A stretch of DNA of 64,000 bases from positions 128,001-192,000 of the forward strand of contig CAVXEP010000032.1 in the NCBI GenBank assembly GCA_963760795.1. Direction: 5' to 3'. Each line of letters starts with the position of its first letter. Within the stretch, counting starts at the first letter, position 1. This document shows positions 1-8,648 of this stretch, one piece after another. This DNA is from an uncultured delta proteobacterium (GTDB lineage Bacteria; Desulfobacterota; Binatia; UBA9968). A program made the translations under genes and the position numbers. Below the pieces are notes generated by a model. That model searched no databases. It was given only the letters and a program-made list of their open reading frames with translations, and had not been told where the DNA came from.

Positions 1-525
1 TAAGTTTTGCGCGTCGATGCCCAGCTGCTTCTGGGCGCCGCGCTCATCCGGCAATGGTTTCGATTTGGCCAGCACTTGCTCGGCGGCGAAGATCGGCGCC
101 TTCATGCGCAGCGCAATGGCGATGGCGTCGCTCGGCCGGCAGTCGATCTCTACTTCCTCGCCTTTGATATTCAGCGAGAGGAGCGCAAGATAAGTGTTGT
201 TGCGCAGATCCGTGATCGCGACGCGCCTAACGCTAGCGCCGATTTTTTGCAGGATGTCGCGGATCAGGTCATGGGTCAACGGCCTCGGCGCTTTGATCTG
301 CTCGAGCTCCATGGCGATGGCGCGCGCCTCGGGCCCGTCGATCCAGATCGGCAAACGCCTGCCGTCGGCTACCGTTTCCAGGACAAGGACGGGGGATTGC
401 GAGTGGGGATCGACCAAAAGTGTCTTGACCTTGGTTTCCACCAGCGCGGTTCCCTGCGCGGCTTGCAGGGACGTCGCATAGGCGAAGATCGAAGCGCACA
501 ACCAGTGCCATCGGATCGGCTTCAT
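1..525 (-). CDS. Bifunctional nuclease (DUF151/BFN) family protein with N-terminal signal-like peptide; 3' end runs off the window
   Basis: Not in the ORF track. Manual translation from ATG 525 (GGAGG RBS upstream): MKPIRWHWLCASIFAYATSLQAAQGTALVETKVKTLLVDPHSQSPVLVLE...RRLPIWIDGPEARAIAMELEQIKAPRPLTHDLI...DCRPSDAIAIALR. LPIWI, PRPLTHDL and RPSDAIA are DUF151 motifs. Confidence 0.88.
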   Translation of the reverse strand, partial: MKPIRWHWLCASIFAYATSLQAAQGTALVETKVKTLLVDPHSQSPVLVLETVADGRRLPIWIDGPEARAIAMELEQIKAPRPLTHDLIRDILQKIGASVRRVAITDLRNNTYLALLSLNIKGEEVEIDCRPSDAIAIALRMKAPIFAAEQVLAKSKPLPDERGAQKQLGIDAQNL

Positions 526-666
526 ATTATCCTCCAGGCGCAAGGAGAAAGGCGCGCATGAAGTTGAGGTTATCTACCCGAGAAGGATTATGTCAATGCT
601 GGTGGTGCTCGTCTTGACCGGAGGAATTACGCCAAGCTATGGTCGGGTGAAGAAACAGAAGCGACA

Positions 667-2450
667 ATGAAGATCCAAATTCTTTCGGACGAAATGGCCA
701 GCCGGATCGCCGCCGGCGAAGTGGTCGAGCGACCGGCCTCGGTGGTCAAAGAGCTCATGGAGAATTCTCTTGACGCCGGCGCCACTGAGATCTTTGTCTG
801 GCTCGAAAAGAGCGGCACCGCTGTCATTCGCATCACCGACAACGGCGAAGGAATGACGCCGGAGGACTTGGCCCTTGCGGTGGAACGTCACGCCACGAGT
901 AAGCTGAGAGAAGCCGACGATCTGTTCCGCATCGCGACATTGGGATTTCGCGGTGAGGCGTTGCCGAGCATCGGCTCCATCGCCAAGATGGACATCTCGT
1001 CTCGTCCGGCGTCTAGCGCCAGTGGCGCCAAGTTGACTGTCGACGGCGGCAATAGGGGCGAGGTACACGCCGCTGCCGCTGCCGTGGGCACGACCATCGA
1101 GATTCGCGATATATTTTACAACACCCCGGCGCGGCGTAAGTTTCTCAAAGCGCCGGCGACAGAGCTAAGCCATGTCTGCGATGTAGTCAACCGTTTGGCC
1201 CTGGCTAACCCACAGGTTCATTTTCGCCTGCAGCATGACGGCCGCACGGTGGCGGATTACATTTCAGTGCAGCAGGAACGGGATCGTTTGCAGCAAGTGC
1301 TGGGTGTCGATGTGGCCAAGGGCTTGAAGCCCTTCACTTTCACCCAGGGGGAGGTGACCGTCAGCGGTTTCCTGAGTACGGCGCCGACCTCATTTCCCAA
1401 CGCGCGTTATCTGTTTACCTTCGTCAACCGCCGCTATGTGCGTGACAAAGTGATCACCCATGCGGTGCTGCATGGCTACGATACCCTGCTGATGAAAGGC
1501 CAATATCCGGCGGTGGTGTTGTTCTTGGAAGTGCCTTTCGCCGAGGTCGATGTCAATGTCCATCCGGCCAAGTACGAAGTGCGCTTCCGCCGCCAAAGCG
1601 ATGTCCATGAAACGGTGTCACGGTCGGTGCGGTCGGCTTTGCAGCGCGATGCCAAAGCGCCGGGCGGTGTTGTACCGATGTCGGGCTACGCAGCTTCGCC
1701 GCGGCCAATGGCGGCCGGCGTATTCCTTTGCTCCCGCCGCCGATCCGACGGTACGCGAGTCGTTTTTGGGCCATTCAACTCACGGGTACCCAAATGTCGA
1801 ATCGATGCCATCGCGCGACGTGACGTTTACCGTGCCGCAGAACGAGCGGCCGGGGAGGGTCGGTTTCTTCTCATCGCTCACTATCCACGATCAGATCCTT
1901 GGCTGCTATCTGGTCTGCTCAGCCACCGACCGGTTGATCCTGATCGATCAACACGCCGCCCATGAACGAATCGCCTTCGAACGGCTGCGCCATCAGTTGC
2001 GGGCCAACGCCGTTGAGCGGCAGGATCTACTGATTCCCCAGAGCGTCGACCTTAGCGCCGGTGAGATCATGATGCTCGAACAGAAATTGGCCGTTATGGA
2101 ACGTCACGGTTTTAGTTTGGAGCCGTTTGGGCCGAGTTCCTTCGCAATCACATCTGTTCCCGCACTGTTGCCCGAGGGGGACTACACCCAGTTGGTACGC
2201 CAGATGGTCGCCGAGTTGGCTGAGGTCGATACCTCCTCAAGACTGCGCCAGCATCTTGAAGACCGTTTGGCGACCATGGCTTGCCACAGCGTGATTCGCG
2301 CCAATCGCAAGCTCGGAGATGGAGGAGATGCGAGCGCTCCTGCGCGATCTCGACCAGGTCGAGTTTGCCACTCAGTGCCCGCATGGGCGGCCGGTGTTGG
2401 TCGAGCTGAGCCGCGACCAGTTGGAGCGTATGTTCAAACGCATAGCGTAA
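667..2450 (+). CDS. mutL: DNA mismatch repair endonuclease MutL (two apparent +1 frameshifts, near 1710 and 2315)
   Basis: [35 protein letters not shown] and VDVNVHPAK in ORF 667..1965; DQHAAHER and MACH in ORF 1550..2488; CPHGRP...ERMFKRIA* in a third frame ending at 2450. Confidence 0.95.
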
Positions 2451-2457
2451 AAATCTC

Positions 2458-2548
2458 GTTCAAGGTTCAAGGGTTCAAAAGTGTCTGAACGTCAGATTCG
2501 GAGTTCAAGACCAAAACTTTGAACTATTGAACGGTTGAACCTTGAACG
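2458..2548. repeat. Palindromic intergenic element built from GTTCAA/TTGAAC units
   Basis: gttcaaggttcaagggttcaa ... ttgaactattgaacggttgaaccttgaac between mutL and miaA. Confidence 0.7.
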
Positions 2549-2566
2549 GATGTTATCTTTTATTCG

Positions 2567-3482
2567 ATGAAGCCGAAAATCGTTATCATCCTTGGGCCCA
2601 CGGCGGTGGGCAAGAGCGCGTTGGCCTTGGAACTCGCCGGGCAATTGAATGGCGAGATCGTCAACGCCGACTCCCAGCAAGTTTACCGTTATCTCGATAT
2701 CGGCACGGGCAAGCCGACCATGGCGGAGCGCGAGCGCGTGCGCCATCATTTGATCGACGTGGTGAATCCCGACCAGGAGTTCAATGCCGCGATGTTTCGC
2801 CATCTGGCGAGCGAAGTGATCTACCAGATCGACGAGCGCAAGCGAACGCGCGATTGTCTGCGGCGGTACGGGACTTTATCTCAAGGCGTTGACGCGAGGA
2901 TTGTTCGAGGGCGCAGGCGCAGGATGGGCAATTTCGCCGCGACCTGGAAACGGAAATCGCAAAGAGCGGCTTAGATTCGGTCTACCGGCGGCTGGTTGAG
3001 ATCGACCCGACGGTAACATCGACGATTCATCCCAACGATCGCTCGCGCACCGTTCGGGCTCTGGAGGTTTATCAACTGACCGGCAAGCCGATTAGCCAAT
3101 GGCAAAATGAGCATCGTTTCCAAGAAGACTCCTTCGAGGTGCTGAAGGTGGGTTGAATCTTGATCGCGTCGAGCTCTACGAGCGCATCAACCGGCGCAGT
3201 GCGGCGATGATTCAAGCGGGTTTTCTCGATGAAGTGCGCGGCCTGGTGGCGCGCGGTTATTCTCTCGATCTAAAACCGCTCGGCAGTGTCGGCTATGCGC
3301 AGATGGGTAGGGTGATTCGCGGCGCTTTAACGATAGACGCGGCGCTGGAAGAAATGCAACAGGAAACTCGCCACTTGGCCAAGCGCCAATTGACTTGGTT
3401 CCGCGGCGACAAAGAAGTGCGTTGGTTTCATCCGATTAAGCAAAGACGCGAGATTGATGAGGCTCTTAAGAAGTTTATGTAG
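2567..3482 (+). CDS. miaA: tRNA dimethylallyltransferase MiaA (three apparent frameshifts, near 2848, 2915 and 3152)
   Basis: GPTAVGKS, ADSQQVY..LDIGTGKP and HHLID, then IVCGGTGLYLKAL, IHPND..R.VRALEV and ETRHLAKRQLTWFR in successive frames; conserved position downstream of mutL. Confidence 0.93.
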
Positions 3483-3535
3483 TGGTGCCTTAGCGTCGGG
3501 ACTTCGGGAAACCACTGATATGCGTTAGGAGGATT

Positions 3536-4882
3536 TTGATGTTCGATAGGCGCTCGTTGCTTTTGCTCTTAGCATCACTCGTCACGTTTATGGCTTTCGC
3601 GTGCGCGGTCACGGAGGGGGATCCGTTATTACCCGAAGGCGAACTATTGAAGAAGGCGAAAACGATTCACGAACGGGTGATCGTGCTTGATACGCACAGT
3701 GATCTTTCACCGCGAAATTTTACTTCGGAACGGAACTATACGCAGCGGCTCGACACCCAAGTGAATCTGCCGAAAATGTTTGAAGGCGGTCTCGATGCAG
3801 TATTCTTCAGTGTTTTCGTCAGTCAGACAAGGGAGTCGCAAAGTCCGGATGCGTTTACACAGGTGGGGTATGATCGCGCTTACAAAGCTGCCGTCGAGAA
3901 GTTCGACGCGATCCATTGGCTCACTGGTCAGCTTGCGGCTGACAAAATTGAGCTAGCGCTTACTTCAGCCGATGTTCGCCGGATCAAAGCTATGGGAAAA
4001 AAAATTGCGCTCATCGGCGTCGAGAACGGCTATCCGATGGGTGAGGACATTGGCCGGGTCAAGGAATTTTACCAGCGTGGTGCGCGTTATATGTCTTTGG
4101 CGCACAACGCGCACAACCAACTCTCCGATTCGCATGCCGGCGAGCGTGATGGGTGGAAATGGAACGGTCTTTCACCGCTTGGGAGACAGGTGATCGGCGA
4201 GATGAATAGGGTGGGTCTTATGGTCGACGTATCGCATCCGTCGAAGGCCTCCATGATGCAATCGGTTGCATTGTCCAAGGCTCCTATCATAGCGTCGCAC
4301 TCCGCAGTACGGGCACTTTGCGATGTAAGCCGCAACATGGACGATGAACAGCTGGTGGCGCTCAAGAAGAGCGGAGGTGTTGTCCAAATCGTCGCGTATA
4401 GCAGCTTTATCAAGACGCTGAGACCTGACTCGAACGAGCGCAAAGCGACGCTTGCTGCGCTTCGGAAAGAATTCAATATCGAAGAATCCACGCCAACCGG
4501 ACTAAACCCGGGTACTGGAGTTGGAACACAGAGCGCTTTGGCTCGTCTCGCGCCGGAACGGCGTGCCGACTACCAACGAAGAATTGTTGAGATCGACAAA
4601 CAGTATCCCGGCGACCCGCCGGCGACGGTAAAGGATTTCGTCGATCATATCGACTATGCGGTAAAACTAATTGGACTCGACCATGTCGGCATCGCCTCTG
4701 ATTTTGAAGGCGGTGGTGGGGTGAACGGTTGGAGCGACTCCAGTGAGACCTTGAACGTGACTCTAGAACTGGTTCGGCGCGGCTACACTGAGGAGCAGAT
4801 TGGCAAACTTTGGGGTGGCAATTTGTTGCGGGTGATGGACGAGGTGCAACGCATCGCGCGGGGTCTTCAATCCGATAAATGA
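3536..4882 (+). CDS. Secreted membrane dipeptidase (peptidase M19)
   Basis: Signal/lipoprotein-like N-terminus; LDTHSD, GVENG, VDVSH, IASHS, SRNMDD, DHIDY and HVGIASDFEGGG motifs; AGGAGG RBS. Confidence 0.9.
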   Translation: MMFDRRSLLLLLASLVTFMAFACAVTEGDPLLPEGELLKKAKTIHERVIVLDTHSDLSPRNFTSERNYTQRLDTQVNLPKMFEGGLDAVFFSVFVSQTRESQSPDAFTQVGYDRAYKAAVEKFDAIHWLTGQLAADKIELALTSADVRRIKAMGKKIALIGVENGYPMGEDIGRVKEFYQRGARYMSLAHNAHNQLSDSHAGERDGWKWNGLSPLGRQVIGEMNRVGLMVDVSHPSKASMMQSVALSKAPIIASHSAVRALCDVSRNMDDEQLVALKKSGGVVQIVAYSSFIKTLRPDSNERKATLAALRKEFNIEESTPTGLNPGTGVGTQSALARLAPERRADYQRRIVEIDKQYPGDPPATVKDFVDHIDYAVKLIGLDHVGIASDFEGGGGVNGWSDSSETLNVTLELVRRGYTEEQIGKLWGGNLLRVMDEVQRIARGLQSDK

Positions 4883-4996
4883 TTGGGGCCATCAGATAAC
4901 TAAAGTGTAGTTAACAATATGGCAAACGGCTCTCGATCAAGTTGTAAAGGCGGTCGAAAGTCACGTCATTGACGCGGGGTTAATGGGGGTAATCTT

Positions 4997-5185
4997 GACA
5001 GCGGCTTTACCGATTGCCACTTTTTTCGCGCCAAAGGAATTCCCTGTCTAGGTTTCCTGCCCCAGCGCAGCACGCCGAGCAGCGAAGGCTTGGTGCACGG
5101 CGTCGATGAACGCATGCCGGTGGAACGGCTGACTGCGGCGATCCAAGCGATGTATGAGATCGTCAGCAAGTTAGTTGTGGAGTGA
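4997..5185 (+). pseudogene. C-terminal remnant of an M20/M25/M40 metallopeptidase
   Basis: Manual translation DSGFTDCHFFRAKGIPCLGFLPQRSTPSSEGLVHGVDERMPVERLTAAIQAMYEIVSKLVVE* matches the M20 C-terminal GFTD..FFR..GIP..GF.P...HG.DER pattern; no N-terminal part upstream. Confidence 0.75.
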
Positions 5186-5313
5186 GAAAAGGAGCGCAGA
5201 CATTCCTGTCGGCGGTTGTCGAAGCAGGGGTAACAAGCGTAGGCCGGGAATGGCGAAAGTAAAGACTTGACCCTCTAGACTTGCTGATCTCCGCGCTAAT
5301 GCGCCGGACCTCA

Positions 5314-7182
5314 CTAAGGTGTTCCTGTTCCGCTCAATGACACATTAGCCGGGTTCTCGTCTGGATCATTCGATGGAATGATAAGAGTAGCCGTCTTTGC
5401 GCCAATAGTTGTGGGCCTGAAGTGCGCCGTGATCGTGCATGAGGCACCTGGTGCCAGCGTTTTCTTTGAGCATTTATCAGGGGCCGTGGAAAATTGATTC
5501 GCGTTAGCGCCACCAAGGCTGATACTCCCTATGCTGAGGTTTAACGTCCCATCATTTTTCACTGTCACGATCTTTTCCGCTGACCTCTTTTTAAGCAGTA
5601 CGGCGCCAAAACCGAGAGACGTAGGGGTAACGGTAATGTCTGGAGCGGCCGGGACGGTGGTGTTAACCATGAAACTCCGGGTTGCAGGTTCTGGGTCTTC
5701 GTTCCCCGTTTGGTCCTTGGCCTTCACATAGAACGTGTAGCTCCCGTTGGGTAAGTTCGTGTAAGACTTCGTCGTTGCGCTGCCGAAAGTTGAAAAACTC
5801 GCCTCGATAGGACCAAGGCGATAAGCATAAACTAAGTTTGGCGTTGAGGTGAGGTTGTCCGTTCCGGTCCAAGTGAATGTGGCACTATCCACTGTGATCG
5901 TGCCGGTCGGTCCGCTCGTAATGCTGGTATCAGGCGCTACGGTGTCGGGGAAGACCACCCGATAGATCGTGCCGGAGCCCGACGGTGTCGTACTGTAGAG
6001 ATTGCCATCGCTCGCTTGGATCAAACCAGCCTCCGGGTGACAGCCGCCGCTGCTGCAGGAGATCGGAAATGAATGGATGATGTTAAAAACGCTGCCGTTG
6101 GGCGAAATCTTAAATACCGTGCCTGTATCATTAGTCCCACCAAATCGCGTCGTGCCGTACAAAAACCCGTCGTTTAACTCGATCAACCCGGCTAGAGGAT
6201 AAGTACCATCAGTGGCGCTGACTGGAAACCGGTGAATAATGCTAAACCCCGTGCCGTCGGGCCGAATCTTAAATACTGTGCCTCCAAATTCAGACGCCCC
6301 GCTGTCTCGCGCCGTGCCGTACAAAAACCCATCGATGCCCTGGATCAACCCGGCTAGAGGAATACGCCCGTCATCGGCGCTGAGTCGAAACGTGTGAATA
6401 ATATTAAACCCCGTGCCGTCGGGCGACATTTTAAATACCGTGCCACTAATATCCCCAGCACTGCCTGCCGTCGTGCCGTACAAAGACCCGTCGCTTAACT
6501 GGATCAACCCGGCGACGGGGCTATAGGAACAATCAAACTCAGAGAGGCACTGAAACCTGTGAATAACGCTAAACCCCGTGCCATTGGGCAAAATCTTAAA
6601 TACGACGCCTGCACCGCCTCCAACCGCGCCGCCAAGTGGTGTCGTGCCGTACAAAAACCCATCGATGCCCTGGCCCTGGATCAACCCGGCCATAGGATTA
6701 CTACCGTTATCGTCGACCCCGTTGGCTTGAAACGAGTGAATAACGCTAAACCCCGTGCCGTCGGGCAAAATCGTAAATACCGTACCTCCATTACCCTCCC
6801 CACCAAATGACGTCGTGCCGTACAAAGATCCGTCGCTTAACTGGATCAACCCGGTAGAATTTGAAGAATTGGACCCATTACAACCGTCAGTGGCGCATTG
6901 AAACGAGTGAATAACGCTAAACCCCGTGCCATCGGGCAAAATCTTAAATACCGTGCCTCCATTAAACGTCCCACCGCCTCGCGTCGTGCCGTACAAAAAC
7001 CCATCGATGCCCTGGCCCTGGATCAGGCCAGCATCTGGAGGCCCACTGGCAAGGTCGAAGGGACGCACGATATCAACGCTCTGGGCAAGGCCAAGCGCGG
7101 CCGTGCTTATCAAGCCGAAGATACTCAACGCCAAAACAACCGCTGCCGTCATTAAATGCGATAGCCAATCGATTCGTTTCAC
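5314..7182 (-). CDS. Secreted tandem-repeat beta-propeller protein (GloVer-type LYGTT repeats) with FN3/Ig-like and C-terminal ASH/choice-of-anchor-D-like domains
   Basis: Signal peptide; seven GLIQ..DG.LYGTT..GG...GTVFKI.PDGTGFS.IH.F repeats; DTVAPDTSITSGP...GSYTFYVKAKDQTGN Ig-like domain; APDITVTPTSLGFG...LAPGASCTI...NVSLSGTG ASH-like domain; GGAGG RBS. Confidence 0.85.
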   Translation of the reverse strand: MKRIDWLSHLMTAAVVLALSIFGLISTAALGLAQSVDIVRPFDLASGPPDAGLIQGQGIDGFLYGTTRGGGTFNGGTVFKILPDGTGFSVIHSFQCATDGCNGSNSSNSTGLIQLSDGSLYGTTSFGGEGNGGTVFTILPDGTGFSVIHSFQANGVDDNGSNPMAGLIQGQGIDGFLYGTTPLGGAVGGGAGVVFKILPNGTGFSVIHRFQCLSEFDCSYSPVAGLIQLSDGSLYGTTAGSAGDISGTVFKMSPDGTGFNIIHTFRLSADDGRIPLAGLIQGIDGFLYGTARDSGASEFGGTVFKIRPDGTGFSIIHRFPVSATDGTYPLAGLIELNDGFLYGTTRFGGTNDTGTVFKISPNGSVFNIIHSFPISCSSGGCHPEAGLIQASDGNLYSTTPSGSGTIYRVVFPDTVAPDTSITSGPTGTITVDSATFTWTGTDNLTSTPNLVYAYRLGPIEASFSTFGSATTKSYTNLPNGSYTFYVKAKDQTGNEDPEPATRSFMVNTTVPAAPDITVTPTSLGFGAVLLKKRSAEKIVTVKNDGTLNLSIGSISLGGANANQFSTAPDKCSKKTLAPGASCTITAHFRPTTIGAKTATLIIPSNDPDENPANVSLSGTGTP

Positions 7183-7741
7183 AATTACCTCCTAGAACTC
7201 TTGATCGCAATTATTCCTTGAAGTTTTATCATTGCTGCAAGACTGAAAAACGGGTCCACTAGTTGGGAATTGCGTCTCGTGTGCTGAGTTAGAATTCGGG
7301 CCGCCGTTTTCCATCGGCCCGTCATCTCTTCTACGACTTTGGCTCGTGCGGGTACGTCGCGACCGGGCACGCACAAGGATCCTCTTTCGTCGCGGCAAAC
7401 AAGAGATAACAAAGAGCCGTCAAGCGTTGTCCGTTACCGTCAGGACAAAGTTTCACTCAGCCTTCCCTCTCAAAACTTGTGCAGCCAGTATCCTCGCTCT
7501 GGCAGGCTGAGAAGGAGAAAGCTTAATATAGTCACGTCACCTGGGAGGCCACCTTCTCTTTCCTTCCCCCTTCAGCTTAAGAAGTTGCCGACAATTTTAA
7601 CTAAGTTATCGCTGGGTACGCGCGACCCTTATCTAATTTCTGCTCGATATACTTTTCAAACGGACATAAACCATGATCCGTTACTTAGCGTCAATACGCG
7701 ATTTGGCGTATGGCGCTTGATCCCCTGATCAGCGCTAGCGG

Positions 7742-7889
7742 AGGAGGGATTAACGAAGAAGGAACTTCGGGCGCTCCTCGACTTTAGCAAAAAATGTTAT
7801 CGCATCTGTGATCTTGAAACTGTTGCGTAGCGTTTCGCTCGGAGGCTCTCGAAACAGGTTGCTACAGAGTTCATCTCGCATAACGTGGT
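7742..7889 (+). pseudogene. Decayed duplicate of the 5' part of the luxR-family gene at 8235
   Basis: gattaacgaagaaggaacttcgggcgctcctcga...aatgttatcgcatctgtgatc...gaggctctcgaaa aligns with about 8242-8380; it has an in-frame TAG and no ATG start. Confidence 0.8.
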
Positions 7890-8234
7890 GATTCGTGCAC
7901 GCGGCGTAACTTTGGTACGAGTTGACGCCCACAGCTCCCGCAAAAAATTATCGAGCGGCGAGGACATTTAACTGCGCCTGCTCTGTCTTTATGTCGGCGC
8001 AGATGGCGGCTTTATACGTCATTGTAGGCTGTAAAAAGTGTTTCCTTCACACTTCAAGGTTGCGGAGAACTTTGACCACTCATTGCTTGCCGCGCCAGGC
8101 ACCTGTCTGATTTCTGCTTGACAAGCTTACACAACAGGCATAGTGACGAATGCATAAATTGGCATCATTTAGCTTGAATTGGCATCACCACCGCGTTCGG
8201 CGGAAGTGAATTGATCCTGACTAGGAGCTGGAGC

Positions 8235-8648
8235 ATGGAGCGATTAACGAAGACGGAACTTCGGGCGCTCCTCGAATGCATCAAAGAATGTTATCCCATC
8301 TGTGATCGTCAAACCTTCACGCAACGCGTCCTTTCGAGGCTCTCGAAAAAAGTTCCGACAGAATTCACCTCGTATAACGGGGCCAACCTGCGCAGCGAAG
8401 AACACCCGACAACGAAGCGGCCGCAGGTACTTGCCTCGCGCGGCCTCAGCCCGCGCGAGGCTCAGGTTTTAGGTTGGGTGTCACAGGGGAAAACCAACAA
8501 AGAAATTGGTGTGATTCTAGAACTCAGTGCGCGCACTGTGCAGAAACACTTGGAGCATATTTATCAGAAGATGGGCGTTGAGAATCGGACCGGCGCAGCA
8601 GCCAAAGCTTACGCGATCGCGTCCACCGCCAGCAAGCCTCCGTATTGA
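8235..8648 (+). CDS. LuxR/GerE-type HTH transcriptional regulator (short; sensor region possibly deleted)
   Basis: GLSPREAQVLGWVSQGKTNKEIGVILELSARTVQKHLEHIYQKMGVENRTGAA is a canonical LuxR HTH. Confidence 0.88.
   Translation: MERLTKTELRALLECIKECYPICDRQTFTQRVLSRLSKKVPTEFTSYNGANLRSEEHPTTKRPQVLASRGLSPREAQVLGWVSQGKTNKEIGVILELSARTVQKHLEHIYQKMGVENRTGAAAKAYAIASTASKPPY

Noticed and set aside
7-561. 184-aa plus-strand ORF
   Set aside because: Antisense shadow of the DUF151 gene; no motifs of its own.
3150-3156. In-frame TGA in miaA as possible selenocysteine or readthrough
   Set aside because: Homology continues in a different frame, consistent with one missing G in a G run, so this is a frameshift rather than recoding.
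5990-7030. Repeat/variable-spacer pattern resembling a CRISPR array or DGR
   Set aside because: The repeats are in-frame protein blades of about 170-190 bp; no cas or reverse transcriptase gene and no adenine-specific variation seen.
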